From contig JAAOMT010000590.1 of assembly GCA_016748015.1 (NCBI GenBank), forward strand, positions 739,912-803,911: a DNA stretch of 64,000 nucleotides. Direction: 5' to 3'. The DNA comes from Geosiphon pyriformis uo1. Taxonomy: Eukaryota; Fungi; Glomeromycota. Below the pieces are notes generated by a model. The model was not told where the DNA came from. It made no database searches and saw only the letters and a list, made by a program, of their open reading frames with translations. Position numbers and translations under genes: made by a program. This document shows, piece by piece, positions 50,411 to 61,120 of this stretch; position 1 is the first letter of the stretch, and each line of letters opens with the position of its first letter.

Positions 50411-53400
50411 CAGATCTGGTTTGGAAAATTGCAACATGCAATGTTTATGGTATCAATGTTTCTGCCAAGCAAGAAGACATTGTTTGTTGACATATTAATT
50501 CTGAAAGTATGGTGTCTATTGTTATGGAAACAAAATTAAGATCCAATGCTAAGCTTTGGATTATGAATAAGTTTGATGGGGTGAGAATATTTTCTTCTGG
50601 TTTGGACAAAAGATTTTTTGGTACTGGGGTGGCAATCATTATAAACAATTCTCTTGCTCATTATGTGTTTAAGGTTGAGGAGATTCCTGGTTATCTTGTT
50701 TCTGTTCAGCTTCTGTTCAAGAACAAGTTGTTAATAGTGTTTTTGGGCTTATACACAGGTGCTTCTGCTGAAACCAAATTTGGCCAAGCTTGTGAAATCA
50801 ACACTCTTATTGCTAAGGCTGCTAACTCCTCCATGTTCATAGTTCTGGGCAGTGATTTCAATGAGGATGGATATAAGAAGAGTACTAGTTTTGGATTTGG
50901 GGTTGGTTAACTCCTTTAGTAGACACTTTCTGATTAAAGCTTTCACTTGGGGCAATTCCTGGGGTGCTGTAAAAGTTATTGACTACATTTTCATAAGCAA
51001 GAGTTTATTGTTTGCATTGGCTGATTATGAAGTTACTCCTGTATCTGATTTCTTTAACACTAATCATAATGCTGTTTTGGTCTTAGTTGGTTTGGATAAT
51101 CTCTTAGATGCCCAGCTTAATAGTGAGCATAAGCAGACCAATAAAAATAAGTGAAAATTCAAGATCAAGAATGCAGATGCTAATAAGTGGGCACAATTTA
51201 GAGAACATTCATTGGCCAAGTTCTTGAAATATATAGATGTGTTCAATGAAGCAAAGGTTACTAAAAATTTGGATGCTATGTAGGACATCTTTAGAAAAGT
51301 AGTTACAAGTTCAGCTAATAGTGTGTTTTTTAGATACTGGTTTAGTGGGTTGGATTGTCTAAAAAATAAGCAGTCTTCAAAGTTCTTTAAACTGGAATTG
51401 TTAGTGGCCAAGTTGGTAAAGTATTTAAGCTCAGATCAGAAGTTAAAAGCTGTTTATCTCTTTAAGGTGTAGTCTACTTTTGATAGTAAGGTGGTGTCCA
51501 AAGCATGCACAATGTTTGATAATAGTGAGAGTAGGGAGAGTATTCTTCTACACCTATTAGGAGTCAAAAAATTGTACCAAAAGTCCAAATACTATGGATC
51601 TAAGGTGGCCAGAAACAGTTCAATTAGAAAAGCAATAGACAAGTCTATGGAAACCTTTAGCTTCAATAAAGGTCACATGATTAAAAGTGTTTTGGACTGG
51701 CTTTTTAAGAAGGTAGTGCTGGATCATTTAGTGGTAGATGAAGTGTTAATTTTGGAACCCAAAGAAGTTAAATCTGCTGTTAATAGTATTATGAAAGAAT
51801 GAACAAAAAAACGGGTTGCTCCTATCTCTATGTCTGTTCATTGGTCTAATTAATATGCCTCTTTGGACTATGTCAGTGATAATGTATTTTCAAATGTCAT
51901 GGATGTGATTGGATCAGATGAATTTCTTCTGGTGGTCAAAAAACTGCTTGATGGAAAAGTTGCTGGCTTGTCTGATATTCTTAATAAGCTGTGGAAGCAT
52001 AAAAATGCTCAGATTTTGAGTGGTTTGTTGGACATTCTCAATGTGTGTTTAGAATTGGGTACAGTTTCTTTACAGTGGAGGCAAGTCTGGGTCTCTATGA
52101 TACCAAAGCCATATGACTGGGAGGAAACACTTACCAATACCAAACCTATAGCTTTAGTTGAGACAGCCAGGAAGATACTGTCTAAGATTCTTTCTAACAA
52201 GATATCTCTGGCTTGCAGTAAATTTAATGTCCTTCATGGTAATAATTTCTCAGTGTTGAAGAGTATGTCTACTTATACTCTAATTTTTACCATTGGCTCT
52301 ATCATTGAGGATGCACTTGAAAAGAATAGGAAACTGTGGCTGATACTTCAAGATATGTAAAAGGCTTACAACTCAGTTGGATGGCTTCATTTGTAGAACA
52401 GTTTAGTTAGGATCAAGATATGCCCCCATTTTATTAAATTTTTTGGAAATATACACAATGGTTGGACCAACTAAGTGATGACAGACTTTGGACTTACTGA
52501 TAGATATACTGTTTATGATGGGTTAGATCAAGGGGAAGTTTTCTTACTATTGCTGTGGAGAATTTTCTATGATTCTCTGCTTTGTAAGGTCAAAAAACAT
52601 GAGCAATTGTGTGGATATAGGTTGAATTCAAAAATTTTTACCAAGACTGGTAGAGCTGATTCTAAGAGTAGCAAAACTTCTTTTTTTGCAGCTGGTGCCT
52701 TTATGGATGATACTATTTGAGTTGAGAACTGCCTGGTGGCTACACAGTGCATTTTGGACATTGTGAATAAGTTTTTCTTGATCAATGACATTGCTATTAA
52801 CACAAACAAAATGATTGCTATTCCTATTAATCAAGGGGCCAGAGAGGTTTCATTGTCTATTAGTGATTCTAAAATCACCATTGTCAAAAAGAATGAGTTC
52901 TACTGATACTTAAGGATTTTTTTTTTTATGGATGGTCTGTCTAAGCCAAGTTTGGCCAAGACTCATTCAGATGTCAAGTTTTTTTTAAACATGGTTTTAA
53001 GGAAAGCCATTACTAAAAAGCAGTTTTTATATTTGGTTTCTGCTGTTCTGCAGCCCATAATTGAATATAGATTGCAGTTCAGCTGTGTTTCCAAGGGTGT
53101 ATGTGAAAAGTAGGACAAAATAATGAAAAAATGTTTGAAGCTCAAGTCCAATTTGCCCAAGAATTTTCTAAATGAAGCTTTGTATCATCCAGAGCTATAT
53201 AGTTTAAGAATTTTTGAGCAAGTACTGGCTGAGAATCTGTTGGCTGGCCTGGTTAAATTTGCTAATGCTAACAGAATTCTTGGTGAATTATTCAAGTACA
53301 AAGCCATGGAGTTGCAGGCCGCTAGTTGGATGCTCCAGCACCTTCTCAAATTTTTGATTAAGCTACTGGTCAATCCCATGAATTGCTTTTTGGCTGGTAT

Positions 53401-54417
53401 AACATGTGCTCTCAAACTGTGCAACCTATCATTAAGTGGTGATTTGCTTGATGTTTTTCAGGCCAGAAATAGTATTGCAGTTTTGGATGTACTCAGTTTT
53501 GAGTCTTATTTGGGCATAGCAAAGTCTCTTAAAAAATATGGTGTGGTGTTTGCAAACCAGCTTCTGGACTGCCATGGCAAGTGTTTTACGTGGAACACTT
53601 TTCACAGATGGAAGAAGCTGGATTCTAAAGGCCTGGTTTCTGTCTGGTTTGCTTCTTTGGTCAAGTTTATCATCAATGGTGACTTGTCGAATAATGTGTT
53701 GTTGTTTCTTTGTTTAGTTCCCACTGGCTCTTCTTGTGACTTTGGTTATGTTGGTGAGCATCTGCTGAATTCTGGGTTGGGCTTTATAATCATTTACACA
53801 AATGGTTCCATCAAAAATTTGGGTTTGTTACATGTTTGTGGTAGTGCTACTGCCTATTTTCCAGATGTAAACACTAGTGTTGGGATTAAAATGGATGGGT
53901 TGCTGTTGTCAACTCTGGTGAAAATACAGGCTATTGCACTTGCTTTGAAGTGTATGCCCACTTCTCAATTGGTTGATTTATATATAGACAGCCAAGCTTC
54001 ATTGGACTTATGTAAATCTGCTAGTGGTATGACTGGTCCTGATTTTTGTGACAAATGCTGAATTAAAAAGAAACATATCTGCTGTGTCATTACAAAAAAA
54101 AGTTTGTTGGTTACATGAAATAAGGTCAAAGACCATTCTGGTGTTGTTGGAAATGAACATGCTGATTTCTATGCTGATGCAGCTGTCATCTCTAAGTTCT
54201 TCCTGCCTATGGTGGTACCTTATCACTTTTTTGTTATTGAAGGCAGACCTGTTTTTGAAAATGTTCGTCATGTTACCAAAAAATTATTCAATGCTGTTTA
54301 CTTTGTTGGTTAAGAAGCCAGATGTGTTGGTAGTGTCATTAGTGTGAATCTTAGTAACTGTTTTGATAAGGCCAAGACCTTTTGTGTTTGGCATCCTGAT
54401 AGCAGAATCAAATTTGG

Positions 54418-55395
54418 TGTTACCAGATGAAATTAGAGATATCATTTAGCATGAAACTATCTTATAATTCCTATCATTAATTAGCATATATTATCATTTC
54501 AAATTATCACTTATTACATTAGCAAAAATGTCCGAAATTATCATTTAATTAATAACCCAAATTGTACACAACACAAATATAACCTAATTGCGATGATCAA
54601 TCATGCAATACCCTGAACTATGTAATATTCAAAAGTTTGCCAAAATTTATAGAAATTCACTGAAATAATTGATAATTCACCGAAATATCTAATAGTTTAC
54701 AGAAATAACTTGTAGTTCGCTGAAATGTATCTTTAGTTCAGCAAAATTGTAGAAAATAGCAAAGTTTAAGTTCATAGAATAGTGTTATGACAAGTTGTAT
54801 AAAAGAAGAGCTTTTCTCTTCGAGAAAATATATCTTACTTTAGATTTATCACTTAAAACCATTCCTACACACACAAAAAGAAATAAATATCAAATAATTT
54901 GAAAAACCAAATTCTTTAATTATTGCACTTGGAAAATTCTCAAAAACCCAACTAAAGTTTTGAAATTGATTAGCTACCAATTTCAATAATCTGTTAGTGA
55001 CTTCAGGCCTGGATTGAAAATGTTTCCCTTGACAGAATTCCATTTCTTTTACATCTTTTTATTTTCTTTTTATTTTCTTACTATAATTATTAGGGTAGTC
55101 TACAGACAAGATTTCTGTAGAAGAGTTGACTTTTACAGCAAAGTAACTATACATTTTAGTAAGTTTCCAAATGAGCAATTCCTGGGAAAGAGTTGACATT
55201 TACTACAACGTAACTACATAAAGTAACTGGCATGAAATTGGCCATTCCACTTATAAGCCCAGCAATTCAAATTATAAGAGATAATTTGAAGATAAATTCA
55301 GTTATTAGAGGTTCAACCACATCCAGAAAACGTGAATTTACAGCAAACAAGCATCGACAACATTTAAGAAAAGAGACCAAAAACCTCTGGTAACA
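54418..55395 (+). mobile_element. Solo-LTR-like element, family B, copy 1 (978 bp)
   Basis: TGTTACCAGA...TCTGGTAACA (10-bp inverted ends); flanks TTGG/CTGG; ~20-bp TTCxCxGAAAT repeats at 54655-54750, then TATAAAAG at ~54798. Removal restores WHPDSRIKSGYTST. Confidence 0.88.
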
Positions 55396-55889
55396 CTGGT
55401 TACACTAGTACTACACTAACAACACTTTGGTCATACTTCATAAAGGTGCTTCATCATTGCTTGCCTGTGGCTGAAAGGAAAAAGATGTATAATCTAAATT
55501 ATCTGAGTGTTGTCTGCATCTGGTATGGTTTAGTGAAAGACTCTGATCACATGTTCTCTTGCAGTTGTAATGTCAATGTTAGGAATATCTTATTGTCTAA
55601 TACTACTTTGGAGTGGAATGTGTTGTTAGGCACTTTTGCCAATGAGAATGCAGTTGCTAAATTGCTAAATAAGGCTGCTTCTTCCATAGACTTGTTTACA
55701 ACATTGGCTAAGAGTTTTGTGTTGAAGAATTGGGTGGTTGACATGTTGGACTGTTTGGGTGCTGACTTTGATAGGGGTGCATTGGTTGTCAATTTCATTC
55801 ATTATTTTGCTAAAAGTCACAGATCTGTCATTTGGCTGCCAACAGCTAAGTTAAGAGCATACTATGAAAAATATAATCTCCTGCCATGT

Positions 55890-56845
55890 TGTTACCAGAG
55901 GTTTTTAGTCTCTTTTTTTGAATGTTATTAATGTTGATTTGCTGTGAATTTACATTTCCAGGAAGTAGTTGGACCTCCAGTAATTGAATTTATCTTCAAA
56001 TTATCTTCTATAATTTGAACTGCTGGGCTTATAAGTGGAATGGCCAATTTCTTGCCAGTTACTTTTATGTAGTTACATTGTAGTAAACATCAACTCTTTT
56101 CCAGAAATTGCTCGTCTGGAAGCTCATTAAAAATGTGTAGTTACTTTGCTATAAAAGTCAACTCTTTTACAGGAATCTCGTCTGTAGGCTATCCTAATGA
56201 TTATGATAAAAAAAAATAAAAAAATGTAAAAGAAATAGAATTTTATTAAGGAAAACGTTTTCTATTCAGGCCTGGAGTCACTAACAGATTACTGAAATTG
56301 GTAGCTAATCAATTTCAAAATGTTAGTTGTGTTGAGGAAATTTCAAGTGTAATAATTTTAAGAATTTGGTTTTTGAATATTTTTTTAATTTTTATTTGAT
56401 TTTGTAAAAGGTGATTTGTTCCAATTAAGATTTTTGAAGTAAGTTACTATGGTAAGATACTATGAGAAGATACATTTTCTTAAAGAGAGAAGCTCTTCTT
56501 TTATACAACTTGTTATAATACTAGTCTTTGAACTTGCACTTTTCTTTTTGCTATAATTTAGGTGAACTAAAGATACATTTCAGCGAACTACAAGTTATTT
56601 CACTGAACTATTGATTATTTCATTAATTTCGGCGAATTTTGACTATGTTAAATGGTTCAGGGTATTGTGTAATTTGATCATCTTAATTTTTAGAGTACAA
56701 ATTGGATTATTGATTGAGTGATGATATTTAATAATTTGATTAAATAATAAGTGATAATCAAAATAATAATAGTGTATGCTAATTAATGATAGGAATTGTG
56801 AAGGTAATTTCATGCTAATTAATAGCTAAAATTCCACTGGTAACA
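55890..56845 (-). mobile_element. Solo-LTR-like element, family B, copy 2 (956 bp, inverted)
   Basis: TGTTACCAG...CTGGTAACA; reverse-complement homolog of 54418-55395; flanks ATGT/GCGT. Removal restores NLLP(R/C)DGSSIPS. Confidence 0.88.
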
Positions 56846-57311
56846 GCGTGATGGATCATCTATTCCTTCGATGTCTGGTTTGTCTTCTTTATGGTCTGCT
56901 GAGACGATCCGGAATTTCGGTTTCAGGCTAGGTATCCATGTGTGTTTTGGGTTGCATCCATGTCTAACTAGATCAGATTTTGGTTTTCTGTGTGATGTCT
57001 CTGTGGTGGGAAATTTAGGTGTGTAGTGCTGCCTTGATTGGCCCGAGTGGCTGGTCACGTGTAGAAAAGGCGCGAGCCACGCTTAATTTAGATTATGATG
57101 ATCTATGTATTTAGGTAGTGGTTGGGCTGCACTCGTAAAAACTTCTAATAAAAAAAAATATGTAAATTTTTAAAAATTAAAACAATTACGTATATATTAA
57201 AATAATGAACATGTGACCAAATGCTGATTTTTTAAATTTTGATTGTTGACACAATTTCTGTTTCAGTGGTTAAGAACATTGTTTTTTTACAACTCAAAGA
57301 ATTTGTGTATT

Positions 57312-59860
57312 ATGTCCGCAATCCCTGGTAGGTCCTTTTCTTTATTTTGATCTTCAGAACTTTCAATTGTTGCTACTCTATTTATTCAAATTTCCCTCTT
57401 TGTCTAAAAGTTAACGTTAATTGGAACGGCAAGAAATATGAAGTTGAGGTTGACACCGACGATACCGGGCTGGTATTTAAAACTCAACTTTATACTATGA
57501 CGGGAGTTGAGCCCGCCCGCCAAAAAATCTTGATGAAGGGTGGAATATTAAAGGTATTTGGATTGTATCACTTGGTTACTTAAGGGATTATTGGGAAATC
57601 ATGAATCTTAACTTTTTTAACTTTGTTTCTTCTTAAGGATGATACCAATCTTAGGGAGTTTAATTTGAAAGCGGTACGTGCGCTTATATCTTTGGGAGCA
57701 TATTTAAGCATATTGAAAATTAGGTTTTTAATTCATCTTCGAACTTGCATTGTATAGGGCACAAGTATAATGGTAAATCTAGTGAAATACTAAGATGGCA
57801 CTTCTCAAAACAAATAATTTTATATTGATATTTATCTCTAAGATGATGGGAACCGCTGGAGAATTGCCTAAAGCCCCATTAAAACCAACTCAATTTGTTG
57901 AAACAATGACGGATCGTGAATTAGCTGATGCAGTAAGCCATTTTGGTCTCACAATTTTCTGCTTTTCAAAAATAAAGCGAAAAATTTTGATAATTCTGAT
58001 CACTTCAAATTAAATTCACAGCTAAAACTTCCTGCGGGCTTAACAAATCTTGGCAATACCTGCTATATGAATTCAACTTTGCAGTGCCTCCGTGCTATAC
58101 CCGAACTACAGGACACACTAAATAGGCAGGCTATTCATTCGGGAAAAATATTCAACAATTTTATCTTATACCTTTTTTATTATCAATTTTTCAGCTTTTC
58201 TGGTAACAATGCTGCTTCCGATTCTCAAGGCAATCTTACCGCGTCCCTTCGTGATTTGTATCGCCAATTAAATCAAACAACAGAAGAATTTGCCCCATTT
58301 GAGTTTTTGCAGGTTTTCTAAGCTAGGACTCTATTTTCGGTTGAGTTATTTTTTAGGGCTTAATTAGATGATCGAATTTATAGATGCTGAGAGCTGCTTT
58401 CCCTCAATTTGCCCAACGTGACAACCGTGGATATTTACAACAAGACGCCAAAGAATGTTGGACCGAGATAGTTTCAAGTTTAAATGCAAGGCTCAAAATC
58501 CCTCAAAAACTGGAAAATGTAGCAGATACGAATCTAGCCGGAGGAGCATATTTAAACGATGAATCATTTGTTCGACGCTTCATGACGGGTGAATATACAA
58601 CCACGTACGTAAAATTGCCAAAGTCAAGAGACCTTATGTTCAAAATACTTTCATAGTAAAATAAAGGAGTTTTATGCGGATATTTACTATCCAGTTTTAC
58701 GTGTGATGAAGCGCCCGAAGAAGAAACAGTAGTTACAAAAGATCCTTTTACTGAACTAGACTGCCATATAACAACAGGTATATTAAATTAGTCGTTAGAA
58801 TTTGTATTTATTACTTATTTCTAATCCATTCGTACATTCAGAGGTCAATTTTATGCAAAATGGCATCATGGCGGTATGAAAACTGATCGAAAATTGGTCG
58901 AGTTTATATTATTTAATAACCTCGTAATTTTTCAGACCCTAGATACCAAAGTTCAAAAAAATTCACCCACATTAAATCGTGAGGCTATTTATACAAAACG
59001 TCAACGGGTCAGCCGTTTACCTGCGTATCTTACCGTACAATTCGTACGGTTTTCTTGGAAGCCACAAGAACAAGTTAGAGCCAAGATTTTGAGGAAAGTT
59101 AAATTCCCATTTATTTTGGACGCAACACCATTATGCACCGAAGAACTTTCAAGCAAGGTTTCGCCTATAAAAAATAAATTGTTGGAGTTTGAAAAAAACA
59201 GGGAAGCAGCCAAGGTATTATGTTATATCAAATGACCAATTTTTTGCGTAAAGTTAAATAAACTTCCACTCATATTCCGAATTCTGATAGAATAAAGCAA
59301 AGCTTTCATTAAATCCTGCAGAGACTGCAGAGGCTGAAGAAACTGTAGACCCAAAGTTAATCGATGAAATAAAAAGCTTAGTAGATCCTGAACTGGCCAA
59401 AGACATCGGAGCCAATTTAACAGGATTATATGAGCTTTGTGCTGTTCTAACTCATAAAGGACGAAGAGCTGACTCAGGTTAGCTCGAGCCCAACGTTTTC
59501 TTTATTTGAATATACAGAGGAATTCTGCATAACTATGACTATTTATTGCAGGACATTACATTGGATGGGTACGCGGAGAAAAAGCTGGTGGGTAAATTGA
59601 TTCATGGTCTCATCCAAATGAGATATTATTTACATTCAATTCTTGTTTTAACACTTATAGAAGAATGGGTTAAATACAATGATGATGAAGTCTCAGCAGT
59701 GACACAAGACGAAATAGAAAAATTGAGTGGTGGAGGTGAGTCTAAAAGCTTTCAAGTCGTATTCCAACTCTTTGTTTCTAAGCCAAAAAAAAACATTGTT
59801 ATTTTAGGTGATTGGCATACAGCTTATATTCTTCTATATCGTTCCAAGAATCTTCCTTGA
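57312..59860 (+). CDS. UBP6: Proteasome-associated deubiquitinase Ubp6/USP14
   Basis: UBL domain (FKTQLYTMTGVEPARQKILMKGG); Cys box GLTNLGNTCYMNSTLQCL; QQDAKECW; RLPAYLTVQFVRF; His box THKGRRADSGHYIGWV; GGGDWHTAYILLY. Confidence 0.95.
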
Positions 59861-60032
59861 ATAACTTTGTTGCTTAGCAAAGATCATAGATTTCTTATTT
59901 CTGCTAATGAAACAAAAGTTTTCAATCGCCTCCGTCTTTATAAGAAAGATTCAATTACAATAGTAGTATTGGGAGATCATCAGAATCCAAATTCTGATCC
60001 TTGCTGAGTACTATAATTCCGATTATTGAATT

Positions 60033-60941
60033 TTATTTCTAAAAAAAAAGCCCGATCATTGCCATTCCGTGTGCATTATAGGTTGATTCCTACGCGTAGT
60101 GCCTGCTTTGCACTTTCTTTGAAATTTTCCACTTCTTCAGAGCAATCTAAAATACGCGTTTTGTTTTTCCTATTCAAACATATTCATATTATTAATGTTC
60201 AATTGAAATAACATCTACCTCAGCGAAAATTGAGAAACTACTTACATATAGCAAGAAATCAAGGCTTTCTGGCGCTCTTCTACCAATTTTGGAATTTTCA
60301 CCTCAGATTTTCTGTAAATTACCAGGCAAAATCAGTGGGAAATTCAAGAGGAATAACATCAATAATAAGACGACTAGCCATTAATGGTACTATAGATTGT
60401 GGAGACCGACGAACCCTGCTCACCGTTGAATTAGTTTAATTAATTCTTCAATATCCTGCTCTGTTACTAAAGCATTGCTGCCCCCATCATTCCAGTATTC
60501 TTCTTTGGAAAGTTCTGCTTGAGCAGCTTTTTGAACCTCTGAATCAAGGTGCTCTCTCCTTTCTAACTCAGCAGTGACACGGGTTTGTATTATAGATTCT
60601 ATGTTTTCTAAAGACAGGTCTGATGTGGCTAGATTAGGCGAAGCAATTTTTTTGAGAGACTTTTAAACGAAGAAAGTACATTAGAAAGATTCAGGACTGT
60701 AAGAAAAGAACCATAGTTGTTTCATAATCACCAAGGCCGGTTTTTGTAGTTGAGTCACCAACTCCTGTGAGAACTAATAATATAAAGGGATTTTTTTGGA
60801 GAGGTTTACATTCATCTATTGTGCAAAAACCTAATATATTTTGGGAGAGGCCTATCTACAAACCCGAAGCCGCACTTCGGGCTCATTATAAATGACAATA
60901 GGTTCACCGCCAGTTGGTCTTGATTGCAAAGCACCGCCCAT
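60033..60941 (-). CDS. MIC19: MICOS subunit Mic19 (DUF1690) homolog
   Basis: MGGALQSR (myristoylation-type start), IYNEPEVRLRFSQELVTQL, a coiled region, and C-terminal LISCYMKNKTRILDCSEEVENFK. The stop is at 60076 or, if the last intron is spliced, 60033. Confidence 0.72.
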
Positions 60942-61120
60942 CAAATATATTTATATTTATTCCAAGCAAAAGTGAAAGAAAAGGTTAAATTTCAGACTCA
61001 TTTTACTAATAAAACATCTTAGAATTTGAGTTACACACATCTAAACAATGGTTGTGTTATGATCATCATTATATGCAGTTATAAACACCACAGCTAAATT
61101 CTTCGACACTTCTGACCCAA
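60942..61120. promoter_or_regulatory. Probable bidirectional promoter between MIC19 and TTI1
   Basis: The divergent start codons are 179 bp apart. Confidence 0.55.

Larger units (their letters stand above)
50407..57026 (+). pseudogene. LINE ORF2: APE endonuclease, reverse transcriptase, RNase H, zinc finger
   Basis: WKIATCNVYG..METK; LGSDFNE; IDYIF; PKPYDW..TKPIALVETARKIL; GLDQGE; AFMDDTI; IYTNGS; YIDSQA; KVKDHSGVVGNEHAD; CIWYG..DSDHMFSC. Split by two insertions. Confidence 0.9.
48468..57158 (+). mobile_element. Full-length LINE (ORF1 + APE-RT-RNase H-zinc finger ORF2), inactivated, with two nested insertions
   Basis: 5' ACTTCTTTCT; ORF1 ~48604-50410; ORF2 50407-57026; 3' UTR and A-rich tail at ~57148-57158. 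Many Trp>stop changes. Confidence 0.93.

Noticed and set aside
54418-56845. One foldback or DIRS-like element with ~1-kb terminal inverted repeats
   Set aside because: Each arm has its own TG...CA ends and its own 4-bp duplication, and the spacer is colinear LINE ORF2.
57080-57110. Hammerhead ribozyme in the LINE tail (TGATGA)
   Set aside because: No CUGANGA core with a correctly placed GAAA and flanking stems.
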